Source of the DNA: Arcobacteraceae bacterium
GTDB taxonomy: Bacteria > Campylobacterota > Campylobacteria > Campylobacterales > Arcobacteraceae
Reading direction: 5' to 3'
DNA length: 64,000 nt
Assembly: GCA_963662945.1 (NCBI GenBank)
Contig: OY759974.1
Span: 2,433,316-2,497,315, forward strand
Shown: one piece after another, positions 7,000 to 16,838 of the stretch
Layout: each line of letters begins with the position of its first letter
Position numbering within the stretch: the stretch's first letter is position 1
Program-made: the position numbers and the translations under genes
The notes under the pieces: model-generated
Database searches by the model: none
Told to the model about the DNA's origin: nothing
What the model saw: the letters and a program-made list of their open reading frames with translations, nothing else

Positions 7000-7611
7000 C
7001 TATTTCTGTACTTCCCAAGTAACTTCAACTAAAAGCTTTGTATCTTCATAGATTTTTCCAGTAAAGATATCCCCAATACTATAAGTTCCTACACCTTTTG
7101 GAGTACCACTCATAATAATATCTCCATCTTCAAAGCTCATAAATGTTTGAATCTCTTCTAACATCTCTAAAGGTTTATATATCATCAGATCATAGTTTGC
7201 GTATTGGACAAGTTTATCATTGATAAAAAGTTCTAGTCTTAGTTTTGTAAGATCACCATTAAACGTCACAAAATCACTTAAAACAGCACTTCCATCAAAA
7301 GCTTTTGCTCGCTCCCAAGGCCAGCCTTTCTCTTTAATCTTATTTTGTATATTGGCTTTTGTTAAATCAAGTCCAAATCCTATACCAGAGATTTGCTTGT
7401 TTTGAATGAGAAAACAAATTTCCCCCTCAAATCTTGTATCTGGTGTGAAGTAGTGTAGTTGATTTGTTATAGCAGAGTTTGGTTTGTTGAATACTACCAT
7501 TGTATCAGGTGTTTCATTGTTTAACTCCTTTATGTGTTCTACATAGTTTCTCCCTATGCAGATTACTTTTGATGGTGTTATACAACTATCGTTAAATACT
7601 AGGGTTTTCAT
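7000..7611 (-). CDS. Fumarylacetoacetate hydrolase family protein
   Basis: KVICIGRNYVEH, GLDLT, WERAKAFD, GDIIMSGTPKGVG. Confidence 0.95.
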   Translation of the reverse strand: MKTLVFNDSCITPSKVICIGRNYVEHIKELNNETPDTMVVFNKPNSAITNQLHYFTPDTRFEGEICFLIQNKQISGIGFGLDLTKANIQNKIKEKGWPWERAKAFDGSAVLSDFVTFNGDLTKLRLELFINDKLVQYANYDLMIYKPLEMLEEIQTFMSFEDGDIIMSGTPKGVGTYSIGDIFTGKIYEDTKLLVEVTWEVQK

Positions 7612-7713
7612 ACTTTATACATCCTTTTAGGTTACCATATTGTATAATGGTAACCATATTTTTAGTATTATACTATAGTTAAGATGTATATTTGTTATAG
7701 ATGATTATCACTT

Positions 7714-9426
7714 TTACCACTGTTTATCTTCCTCTTTTTTCTCTTCATCATCTTCATTAGATATATCAGTTGGTTGATTGTATTTTCCACTTTTCATAGT
7801 ATCAATTCTTTGTTGTATTGCATCTAACTTTGATTCAAAACTCATACCACTAGCTGTTGCAGAATCTGTATCATTTTGTGAAGAATCTTCTTCTCCTACT
7901 TCAATTACTGCTTGTCCATTGAGTCTTTTTTCCAGCTGTAATAGTGCTTTTTCTATAGTTTTTATTTGTTTGTTTATATCTTCATCTGAAATATCTGAAT
8001 TTCCATTGTTTTTCTCTCTAAGAAGTTTTCTAATCTCTTCAAGTAGTTGTTCTATGTATTCTAATTCTGAAACTGTATAACCAGTTTTTAAAACAGAAAC
8101 AATATCTTCAACCAATTCTCGTAATTTTGCAAGTGGATCTTCATCATTGAGGCTTTCTCCATTGAGTGATAGATAGGTTTTATTTAAACCATTGTACATA
8201 TTGAGTATCTCTTGATAATACTCTTTTGTCTCTTCATCTGGTGCTGTATCTACTTTGATTTGATAGCTTGCAATCTGTTTTTGAACAAATTGTCCAGCAT
8301 CTTCTTCACTGTAATCCATAACTTGTAATTCAGGATAAGCTATAAGTTTCTCACTATGTTCAGTACCTGTTAAATCATACATAAAAGTATTTAAAACTTT
8401 TTCATCATCGATTTTCTTTACTGTGTTAAATATCGCTTTATTAAAGTTTGTATTTTCACTAATAGCTGTAGTACTCATCAAAATACCAGCTTTTCTATCA
8501 CTTTTCATCAATGTTTGTTTTATATAGTTGCCATCTTCATCTTTTTGCATTACAAAATCTTTGAGTTGGACAATTTGATCATAAGAAAGGTTTTCTATCT
8601 CTTCATAAGTAACGTATTTGTCCTTTACTATGGATTCATAAATTGCTCTATCTCTTTCACTTATTTCATTTGTAGTGTTTTTAACTTCTGTGAGAGTATT
8701 TGTATCTTCCACAGGAGGTAATTCTGTATTTGTTGTATTATTAGCAGGTGTTGTAGTATTTGTTCTTGTATAGCTAGATAGAGTTGCTTCATTTTCTTTG
8801 ATCTTATTATAATTTTTTGTTAGTAGTTCAAAAAAACTACTTATAGTATTTTTAAACTCAGTAGTTGAATGGGTTTTATTTTTTGGGTCAAGTATAGTTT
8901 CAACACTGTTTTTAATATCTTCATAGGTGTAGTTTTGATATGAGTATACAATCTCTCCATCAACTATTTTAATATTTTTTGGAAACATTGTAATTGAAGC
9001 CATCATAACTTCTCCAAAATCCATAGAGTTAAAGGTTTCTACAAGGGCTTGTTTTGTTGTACTATCCATAGATTGAGGTATCAAACTTTGTGTTTTCCCA
9101 ATGCCATCTTCTACTATTCCATCTTTATTAAAATCATATTTTTCATAGTGATGTACAAGTAGGTTGTATGCACCTTCATCGCTTAAAGAATCTACATCTA
9201 TCTCATTTACAAGTCGTGTATAGTTTTGTAATGTTGAGAGTTCATCTTTTGATAGAGAATTTAAAAACTCTTTTGCATTTGAAACAGTGACATTTTGTGA
9301 TTGGGCTTCTTCATATATCTTTTCAAAACTTTCTTTAAACGGTTCTCTCACTTCATAAAAGCTATCCGCCATTTTGAGATTTTTCATAATAGATACATGT
9401 TCAGAATAATTTGTATTTGTAGTCAT
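7714..9426 (-). CDS. Large acidic hypothetical protein, two parts joined by a T/N-rich linker
   Basis: 570 aa; AAAGGAG RBS; no signal peptide; EF-hand-like DFNKDGIVE. Confidence 0.8.
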   Translation of the reverse strand: MTTNTNYSEHVSIMKNLKMADSFYEVREPFKESFEKIYEEAQSQNVTVSNAKEFLNSLSKDELSTLQNYTRLVNEIDVDSLSDEGAYNLLVHHYEKYDFNKDGIVEDGIGKTQSLIPQSMDSTTKQALVETFNSMDFGEVMMASITMFPKNIKIVDGEIVYSYQNYTYEDIKNSVETILDPKNKTHSTTEFKNTISSFFELLTKNYNKIKENEATLSSYTRTNTTTPANNTTNTELPPVEDTNTLTEVKNTTNEISERDRAIYESIVKDKYVTYEEIENLSYDQIVQLKDFVMQKDEDGNYIKQTLMKSDRKAGILMSTTAISENTNFNKAIFNTVKKIDDEKVLNTFMYDLTGTEHSEKLIAYPELQVMDYSEEDAGQFVQKQIASYQIKVDTAPDEETKEYYQEILNMYNGLNKTYLSLNGESLNDEDPLAKLRELVEDIVSVLKTGYTVSELEYIEQLLEEIRKLLREKNNGNSDISDEDINKQIKTIEKALLQLEKRLNGQAVIEVGEEDSSQNDTDSATASGMSFESKLDAIQQRIDTMKSGKYNQPTDISNEDDEEKKEEDKQW

Positions 9427-9456
9427 AGATTTACTCCTTTAATTTTATATAATAAA

Positions 9457-9502
9457 ATCATATCAAAAAGATGTCACAGTTGTGTCACAGTTGTGTCACA
9501 GT
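9457..9502 (-). promoter_or_regulatory. Three 11-bp-period TGTCACAGT repeats next to an extended -10
   Basis: TGTCACAGT at 9472, 9483, 9494; minus-strand TGATATGAT at 9465-9457. Confidence 0.75.
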
Positions 9503-9505
9503 TTT

Positions 9506-10189
9506 TTATTTTAGTTTACAACCTGTTAGAGGAATAGTTTCTATAAGTTTATATTCTAGCTTACTTCTAAGACGATAGATTAAAGTTCGTAAAGTACTGT
9601 TTGATACTGTATTATATTCCCAAAGGTGATGTTCTATAGTTTCAAATGGTACAGTTTTACCTTTATTTTTATATAAAATATATAAAAGTGAAGATTCTTT
9701 TGTACTTAATTTAATAGGGTTATCTTTGTAGTATAATGTTTGATTTTTTTCATCATAGTAATAATTATTACCCAAACTTTTATACTCTTTATTTCTTATT
9801 TTATTTTGTTTGTTTTTTGATTTAAAAATACCTAAAAGGATGGTAGATTTAAGTTCATCAATTTTAAATGGTTTGAGTAAATATCCTACAGGATTTGTTT
9901 CTATAGCTCTATTGATGGTTTCATCATCACAAAATGCTGTAAGATATATGATAGGAATATCATTTGTTTTTTTGATTTCATAAGCTATGGTGATACCATC
10001 AATACTATTTTCTAAGTTAATATCCATCAAAATAATATCTGGTGTATTTTCTTTGACACAAGCTATTGCTTCTTCAAAAGTTGTAACAGTATTAGTGACT
10101 TCAAAACCTAGATTTTGTATTGCTCTTTTGATATCAAGAGCAACTATTGTTTCATCTTCTACTATTAAAACTTTTGTTTTTAATTCCAC
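9506..10189 (-). CDS. Response regulator, REC plus OmpR-type winged helix
   Basis: VLIVEDE, DIILMDI, YLTA, YLLKP; C-terminal LRTLIYRLRSKL...IETIPLTG. Confidence 0.93.
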   Translation of the reverse strand: MELKTKVLIVEDETIVALDIKRAIQNLGFEVTNTVTTFEEAIACVKENTPDIILMDINLENSIDGITIAYEIKKTNDIPIIYLTAFCDDETINRAIETNPVGYLLKPFKIDELKSTILLGIFKSKNKQNKIRNKEYKSLGNNYYYDEKNQTLYYKDNPIKLSTKESSLLYILYKNKGKTVPFETIEHHLWEYNTVSNSTLRTLIYRLRSKLEYKLIETIPLTGCKLK

Positions 10190-12009
10190 GATATCACCAC
10201 CTTTACCCCATCTTGTGTATTATGTTGAAATTTTCCTTTAAGTTGTTTTGTTGCAAGTGTTTCAACAAGAATTAATCCTAAAGTATTAGCATTGTTTTGT
10301 TGTTCATATCCTATCCCATCATCACTAATTGAGAGTAGATAGTTTTCATTTTCTTTTTTAAGGCTAATATTTATGGTTCCATTTCCATCTACAAAAGCGT
10401 ATTTAAAAGCATTGGTAATAAGTTCATTGACAATAAGTCCACAATATACAGCTTGTTCTGCTTTTATATTAACATTTATGTCAAATTCTATTTTTATATC
10501 TTGTGTTTCAAAACTCTCTTTTAGTTCATCTACAAGTTTTTCAAAATAATCATAAGCATTGACATACGAGGGATTTTCTTGGTTATAAAGAAGTTCATGA
10601 AGTGAACTCATAGCACTAATTCGATTTTGAATAGTTTGAAACATACTTTTAATTTTCTTTTCTTCTATCTCTTGACTTTGAAGTCTTATAAGAGAGATGA
10701 TAGTTTGCATATTATTTTTTACTCTGTGATTGAGTTCTTTTAAAAGAAGATTTTTTTCATCGTAGGCTTTTTTTAAAGCTTTTGTTTTTTCTTTTACTTG
10801 ATATTCTAATCTTTGTTTTTCAAATTGTTGATTAAGAATTAGTTCCATATTTGCTTCATTTTTCTTTTGTTCTAGTTGATTTATCTTGTCTGCTAAAGCA
10901 ACAGAAAATACTAATGCTTCAAGGATTAAAGTGCTTTCTACAAAATATTTAAAATCATCAAAAATATAAAAAATACCTAGACTGGAAAAATACATACAAA
11001 AAGCAGCCATCGCAAATAAAAACCAACCAAACATTACAAAATAAGCTTGTCTATTTTTTTTGAGAGTTGCATAGATTGTGATACTTATTAAAAAAAGTAG
11101 TAATATCACTGAAAAGAAACTTCTATATTGGTTAAATCGATCTGTTATAAGAAATACAAAAGATAATATGATAAAAATTAATAAGTAAATGTTTAAAGTA
11201 TTATTCCATTTTGGATATTGTGAAAGTTTTAAAAATGACTTTACTAGAAGTGCCAACATAAATACAGGGAAAGCCACTAAAATACTTGCATATTTGACTA
11301 ATAATATAGTGATATCTTGATTAAAAATATAAATTGAACCAAAGCCAGTATAGACAAGTTGATGAACAATAATACCTATCATATAAAGAATATAGAATAG
11401 ATAGTTTTTATCATTTGTAATAAAGTATATAAAGAGATTGTAAATTGTGAGTATTAACATAGAAGCAAAAAACATAGCTAGTATCATATTGTGTTTTTCT
11501 ACTTGCTTTTCAAAACTATTTATATCCCAAAGATTTAGTTTCACTATCAGGGTTGTTATATAAGAAGATGCTTTTATATAGTATGTTTTTGTTTGATTTG
11601 GATTTAAAAAGATTTCAAAACTGGGGTTGAGACTTTCTCTTATATAATTTATTTGAAAAAGTCCATCTTCTAAATGGTTTGTATCATAATATAATTCTAC
11701 ATTTGTAGTTAAAGGATTCCCATATTCTAATACTTTTTTTATAGGTTGATTTGACTGATTTGTGAGTGTAAATTTTACCCATAGAGTCAAATATGGAGAA
11801 TATCCAAAACTTAATGTTTCGCTATTGTTTTTTTGAAAACTTTTTGTTTTGATTTCTTCAAAAGAAAGCTTTTGTGTATTATCTATAAATATCTCACTCT
11901 GTGTCAAAATCTCTTGGTTTGAAGTAGTTTGAGTGATAGAAATTGTTTCATTTGAAAACATAAAACTAAATAAAGATAATAGTAAAAAAAGTGATTGCAT
12001 AAAATTCAT
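10180..12009 (-). CDS. 7TM-DISM sensor histidine kinase (HisKA_2 type)
   Basis: DISMED2-like periplasmic domain (LSFGYS..TLWVKF), seven hydrophobic helices, ELNHRVKNNMQ H-box, NELITNAFKYAF, DDGIG. Confidence 0.93.
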   Translation of the reverse strand: MNFMQSLFLLLSLFSFMFSNETISITQTTSNQEILTQSEIFIDNTQKLSFEEIKTKSFQKNNSETLSFGYSPYLTLWVKFTLTNQSNQPIKKVLEYGNPLTTNVELYYDTNHLEDGLFQINYIRESLNPSFEIFLNPNQTKTYYIKASSYITTLIVKLNLWDINSFEKQVEKHNMILAMFFASMLILTIYNLFIYFITNDKNYLFYILYMIGIIVHQLVYTGFGSIYIFNQDITILLVKYASILVAFPVFMLALLVKSFLKLSQYPKWNNTLNIYLLIFIILSFVFLITDRFNQYRSFFSVILLLFLISITIYATLKKNRQAYFVMFGWFLFAMAAFCMYFSSLGIFYIFDDFKYFVESTLILEALVFSVALADKINQLEQKKNEANMELILNQQFEKQRLEYQVKEKTKALKKAYDEKNLLLKELNHRVKNNMQTIISLIRLQSQEIEEKKIKSMFQTIQNRISAMSSLHELLYNQENPSYVNAYDYFEKLVDELKESFETQDIKIEFDINVNIKAEQAVYCGLIVNELITNAFKYAFVDGNGTINISLKKENENYLLSISDDGIGYEQQNNANTLGLILVETLATKQLKGKFQHNTQDGVKVVISWN

Positions 12010-12014
12010 AAGTT

Positions 12015-12049
12015 ATTTTACCAAAAAGATGTCACAATTGCGTCACAGT
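12015..12049 (-). promoter_or_regulatory. Two 11-bp-period (T/C)GTCACA repeats next to an extended -10
   Basis: TGTCACAAT (12030) and CGTCACAGT (12041); minus-strand TGGTAAAAT at 12023-12015; same spacing as at 9457-9502. Confidence 0.72.
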
Positions 12050-12119
12050 TTTGTTATAAGTAGATATAAATAATATAAATATATAATACACAATTAAAAA
12101 TATTTGGCAAAGGGCAGGG

Positions 12120-12329
12120 ATGTTCAATAATACTTATTGGGCTTTGGGTAACGAGGGTTACTATCGAGTAAATGATGGAAAACTATTGTATGCACCTGCA
12201 AATAATGTTGATTATTCTGTTGATGAAGATTATGAAACAGAAGTAGAGATTGTAACACCGCAGCAACTTGAAGAGATAAATAGGATTTTAGGTACACATT
12301 ACACCATAGATGAGATTAATTCTTTATAA
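12120..12329 (+). CDS. Small acidic hypothetical protein
   Basis: 69 aa; purine-rich RBS region; TATAAT upstream. Confidence 0.6.
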   Translation: MFNNTYWALGNEGYYRVNDGKLLYAPANNVDYSVDEDYETEVEIVTPQQLEEINRILGTHYTIDEINSL

Positions 12330-12380
12330 TTTAATTCTTTTTAGTTAAAATACAAAATCAAAATAATATAAGAGTAATCA

Positions 12381-13025
12381 ATGAAAAATAAAATAGCCAA
12401 TTTCTTTACAACATCTTTACAAGGATTCTTTTGGTTAATACCAATTGTAGCGATAGGGATAATTCTTGTAGTTGTGTTTGAGAAGTTAGCTTCAATAAAT
12501 GCTATTATTGCAAGTTTTTTAGGAATTCAAGCTAGTTCAAATAGTATCTTATTTGTATTGTGTGGTTTAGTATGTATTGTAATAGTATGTTATATAGCAG
12601 GACATATTCTCAATACTTTTTTAGGAGAATGGTTTAATAAAATTATCCATAAAATACCATACTATAAAAATATAGCAGATTTTTTTGAACTGTTTAATTC
12701 TGCCAAATCAGGTGATCAAGATGTCCTTGTAGTTGCTATAAAAGGTTTTGGAGTAAATAGTTACAATATAGGACTTATGTACAATACAAATGAATCACTT
12801 ATAAAAGGTCACTATTCTGTAGTATTAAGTCATATGCCACTACAAGGTGGATTTATCTTTGAAGTACCAGGTGATGAGATATATGTGATAAAAGAGGCAA
12901 AATTCAATCATAATTTAGAATATCTTCTAACATCAGCTAGTCGTTCAATGGCAGATATACTAAAAATAGAACCAACAGAAATAGATTCTTTGATAACATT
13001 AGTAAATTATAAAAAAGGAAAGTAA
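12381..13025 (+). CDS. Membrane protein, DUF502-like
   Basis: Two N-terminal TM helices then IHKIPYYKNI and a beta-rich tail. Confidence 0.65.
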   Translation: MKNKIANFFTTSLQGFFWLIPIVAIGIILVVVFEKLASINAIIASFLGIQASSNSILFVLCGLVCIVIVCYIAGHILNTFLGEWFNKIIHKIPYYKNIADFFELFNSAKSGDQDVLVVAIKGFGVNSYNIGLMYNTNESLIKGHYSVVLSHMPLQGGFIFEVPGDEIYVIKEAKFNHNLEYLLTSASRSMADILKIEPTEIDSLITLVNYKKGK

Positions 13026-14095
13026 TGAATAGATTTATAAAATTGATGATACTCGTGAGTATTACATCTTTATTTGCAACATCATCGTTTGGAGCAAAAA
13101 AAGTCAAATGGAAACTTGCGATGACATGGCCAAGTACTTTAGCACCACTTGCAACGTCACCACAAAAGTTAGCAAAACTCCTAGAAGAGATGAGTGGAGG
13201 TAATTTTATTATTGAAGTGCATGGAAAAGAGAAACATAAAGCAGCTCTTTCTATTTTAGATATGGTAAAAAATAAACAATATGAGATGGGACATACTTCT
13301 TCTTACTACTACAAAGGTAAGAGTATAAGTACAGCACTTCTGACAACTACACCTTTTGGTATGACAAGTAGTGAACAGTATGCTTGGTATTATTATGGTG
13401 GAGGAGAAGCTTTGACAAAAAAAGTGTATGATCCATTTAAAGTAGATTGTTACCCAGGTGGAAACACTGGAGTTCAAATGGGTGGATGGTTTAGAAAAGA
13501 GATTAAGTCACTTGCAGATTTACAAGGACTTAAGATGAGAATACCAGGTATGGCTGGAGAAGTTTTTGCTAAACTTGGAGTTAATGTGACAAATATTCCA
13601 GCAGGTGAACTTTATACAGCACTAGATAGAGGGACTATAGATGCACTAGAATGGGTTGGACCTGGTATGGATATTAAAATGGGATTTCATAAAGTAGCTT
13701 CTTTTTATTACACAGGATGGCATGAACCAGCTTCAGAGATGCATTATTTTGTAAATCAAAGAGCATTTACAAAATTGCCACCAGAATATCAAACAATGTT
13801 AAAAACTGCTATTAGAGCGGTAGCAGCAGATATGACTTATGATAATTTTGCTATGAGTGTTGATGCGTGGGAAAAAATGAAAAAAGAGTATCCCGATATT
13901 AAAGTGAAAACATTTCCAGTAGAAGTTCTAAAGGCTATGAAAAAAGCAACTGATGATGTTATGAACTCTTATGCTAAAAAAGATAAGTTATTTGATGAGG
14001 TGTACACTTCACAAATAAATTATATGAAGAAAGCTAGAGAGTGGACAAAAATATCAGAGTATGATTATATTACCACTACAGAAAAGGTAAAATAA
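13025..14095 (+). CDS. dctP: TRAP transporter substrate-binding protein (TakP/2-oxoacid-like subfamily)
   Basis: Signal peptide; GNTGVQMGGWFRKEI, GLKMRIPG, DALEWVGP, GWHEP. Confidence 0.93.
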   Translation: MNRFIKLMILVSITSLFATSSFGAKKVKWKLAMTWPSTLAPLATSPQKLAKLLEEMSGGNFIIEVHGKEKHKAALSILDMVKNKQYEMGHTSSYYYKGKSISTALLTTTPFGMTSSEQYAWYYYGGGEALTKKVYDPFKVDCYPGGNTGVQMGGWFRKEIKSLADLQGLKMRIPGMAGEVFAKLGVNVTNIPAGELYTALDRGTIDALEWVGPGMDIKMGFHKVASFYYTGWHEPASEMHYFVNQRAFTKLPPEYQTMLKTAIRAVAADMTYDNFAMSVDAWEKMKKEYPDIKVKTFPVEVLKAMKKATDDVMNSYAKKDKLFDEVYTSQINYMKKAREWTKISEYDYITTTEKVK

Positions 14096-14096
14096 A

Positions 14097-14630
14097 TTGC
14101 ATCACGATAAACCAAATATTGCTAGGTTAAAAAGGGTTGAAAGTTTTTTCAACTCTTTTATTGATATTATAGGAAGAGTAATGGGAATATTGTTACTTCT
14201 TATGATATTTAATGTTTTATTTGATGTGCTTATGAGATATTCCTTTCATAATTCTTCTGTTGGAATGCAAGAGTTAGAATGGCACCTTTTTTCAGTAATA
14301 ACACTTTTTGGACTAGGGTATGCACTTAAAGAAGAAGCTCATGTAAGAGTTGATTTTTTGTATGATAATTTTTCTAAAAAAACAAAAGCGTATATCAATA
14401 TTTTTGGTACAGTTTTATTTTTATTTCCTCTAGCATTATTAATCATTTTTGGTTCTTACGAATATGTGATGGACTCTTATAGTATGAATGAGATTAGTCC
14501 AGATCCAGGTGGATTAACTCATAGATGGATTATAAAAGCTATGATACCTTTTGGATTTATATTTCTTATTTTAAGTGGATTAGTGTATATATTAAAAAAT
14601 ATTATCGTATTAAAAGAGTTAAAAAAATGA
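14097..14630 (+). CDS. dctQ: TRAP transporter small permease
   Basis: ELEWHLF, HVRVDFLY, SPDPGGL; 4 TM. Confidence 0.92.
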   Translation: MHHDKPNIARLKRVESFFNSFIDIIGRVMGILLLLMIFNVLFDVLMRYSFHNSSVGMQELEWHLFSVITLFGLGYALKEEAHVRVDFLYDNFSKKTKAYINIFGTVLFLFPLALLIIFGSYEYVMDSYSMNEISPDPGGLTHRWIIKAMIPFGFIFLILSGLVYILKNIIVLKELKK

Positions 14631-15955
14631 TAGGTATATATATGTTTTTTACTGCACTGCTACTTTTAGCAGTTGGTTATCCAGTTGCTTTTAGTTTTGG
14701 GGCTATATCTGTTATTTTTGGATTTATCGCTGCTTTTTTTGCAATATTTCCAGATGGTGGGACACTTGTAGAAGTTGGTGAAGAGTTTTTCTCTATGTTT
14801 TCTATGATGCCTTTTAGAATTTATTCTACTATGACAAATAAACTTCTAATGGCAATACCACTTTTTATATTTATGGGAATAGTTTTAGAAAAATCAGGTC
14901 TTGCTGCACGACTTTTAGAGTCTATGGGAACACTTTTTGGAAAAGTAAGAGGTGGATTGGCTATAAGTACCGTTTTAGTTGGTTCATTATTAGCTGCTTC
15001 AACTGGTGTTGTGGGTGCAAGTGTAGTAGCTATGGGTATTATAAGTTTACCAGTGATGTTAAAATATGGGTACTGTAAAAAACTAGCAACTGGAACTATT
15101 TGTGCTTCAGGAACTTTAGGGCAAATAATACCACCATCAATCATACTTATTATTTTAAGTGATGTATTTGGACAGGCAGCTGGAGATATGTTTAAAGCGG
15201 CTATTATTCCAAGTGCTATTTTGGTTGGGGCTTATATTGTATATATATTAGTGATAGCAAATTTAAAAAAAGAGTTAGCACCTATTATTGAAGCTCCAAT
15301 TTCAGATCATGCAATCAGAGATGCAATATTTGCCATAATTCCTCCTTTATTGCTTGTATTAGTTGTTTTAGGTTCTATTTTTGCAGGTATAGCAACACCT
15401 ACAGAATCTGCATCTGTAGGTTCTGTTGGTGCAATTGTTTTGGCAATAATGTATAAATCATTTAGTTGGAAACTTTTAGAAGAAGCTGCACTTGAAACTG
15501 TTAAAGTAACTGCTATGGTTATAGCTATTCTTATAGGTGCAACAGCTTTTTCTATGGTTTTTGTATATACAGGTGCTGATGCTCTTGTAGAAGAGTTTAT
15601 GCTTGGACTTCCTGGAGAGAAATGGGGATTCTTGATTTTATCTATGGCTGTTATTATGATTCTTGGATTTTTTATTGATTTTTTTGAGATATCATATATT
15701 GTTGTACCTATTTTAATACCTATAGCAAATACAATCGGCATTGATCCAATTTGGTTTGCAATATTAATTGCTATGAATCTACAAACCTCATTTTTAACTC
15801 CACCTTTTGGATTTAGTTTATTTTATCTTAAAGGTGTGGCACATAAGGGTGTAAAAACTATAGATATTTATAAAGGTGTTGTGCCATTTATTTTAATACA
15901 AATTGCTGTTTTAGCTTCTATTATTATCTTTCCAGAAGTTTACGGTTTTGGTTAA
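14627..15955 (+). CDS. dctM: TRAP transporter large permease
   Basis: AIPLFIFMG, GTLGQIIPPS, TPTESA, TPPFG; start re-called to ATG 14627 overlapping the dctQ stop. Confidence 0.93.
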   Translation: MIGIYMFFTALLLLAVGYPVAFSFGAISVIFGFIAAFFAIFPDGGTLVEVGEEFFSMFSMMPFRIYSTMTNKLLMAIPLFIFMGIVLEKSGLAARLLESMGTLFGKVRGGLAISTVLVGSLLAASTGVVGASVVAMGIISLPVMLKYGYCKKLATGTICASGTLGQIIPPSIILIILSDVFGQAAGDMFKAAIIPSAILVGAYIVYILVIANLKKELAPIIEAPISDHAIRDAIFAIIPPLLLVLVVLGSIFAGIATPTESASVGSVGAIVLAIMYKSFSWKLLEEAALETVKVTAMVIAILIGATAFSMVFVYTGADALVEEFMLGLPGEKWGFLILSMAVIMILGFFIDFFEISYIVVPILIPIANTIGIDPIWFAILIAMNLQTSFLTPPFGFSLFYLKGVAHKGVKTIDIYKGVVPFILIQIAVLASIIIFPEVYGFG

Positions 15956-16838
15956 GACATATTTTTTTTTAATACTATGTGTATTGTTTTGGTCTGGTAA
16001 TTTTGTATTAGGCAGATTTGTTAAAGATGATATATCTCCACTTGAATTAGCATTTTTTCGGTGGTTTTTTGTATTAGTTATAGTAATGCCAATTTTAGTA
16101 TTGAATTTTTCAAAACTTTTAAAAATAGTAAAAGAAAAATTTGGAATACTTTTAGTTTTAGCATTATTGGGAATTAGTGGGTTTAATACTATACTCTATG
16201 TTGGTTTGACTATGACTACATCAACGAACGCTTTGATTATAAACTCTAGCGTACCAATTCTAATACTTCTAATGGCTTTTCTTATTCTTAAACAAAATAT
16301 CACGAGAAATCAAATACTTGGAATATTACTTTCAACATTTGGAGTAGTTTTTTTAATCCTTCATGGAAAGATAGAAAATATTTTATTATTAGAGTTTAAT
16401 AAAGGAGATCTTTGGATTATTTTCTCTTGTATTGTTTGGGCTTTATACTCAGTATTAATGAGATTTAAACCAAAAGAATTAAATGATATTGAGTTTTTTG
16501 CAGTGATTGTTTTGATTGGTTTTATAGCACTTGTACCTTTATATCTTTCTCAAGGATATACTGTACAAAAAGAGATAGCACTTTTAAAGTCAAATTATTA
16601 TATTTTTATTTATGTATCAGTTTTTGCTTCTACACTTTCATTTTATTTCTGGCATTATGGAATAGATAAAATAGGTGCGACAAAAACTGGGCAATTTACT
16701 CATCTTATGCCAATATTTGGAAGCTTTTTGGCGTATGTATTTTTAGATGAAGTATTACAGATTTATCATATTATAGGAATGATTTTAATTTTTATTGGAA
16801 TATATCTTTCATTATTTTATAAACCACAAACAAATTAG
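15948..16838 (+). CDS. DMT/EamA family transporter
   Basis: LFWSGNFVLGR, LAFFRW, two EamA repeats. Confidence 0.92.
   Translation: MVKTYFFLILCVLFWSGNFVLGRFVKDDISPLELAFFRWFFVLVIVMPILVLNFSKLLKIVKEKFGILLVLALLGISGFNTILYVGLTMTTSTNALIINSSVPILILLMAFLILKQNITRNQILGILLSTFGVVFLILHGKIENILLLEFNKGDLWIIFSCIVWALYSVLMRFKPKELNDIEFFAVIVLIGFIALVPLYLSQGYTVQKEIALLKSNYYIFIYVSVFASTLSFYFWHYGIDKIGATKTGQFTHLMPIFGSFLAYVFLDEVLQIYHIIGMILIFIGIYLSLFYKPQTN

Noticed and set aside
9472-9502. VNTR or mini-CRISPR
   Set aside because: No spacers; it recurs at 12030 with identical promoter geometry, which fits a regulator box better.
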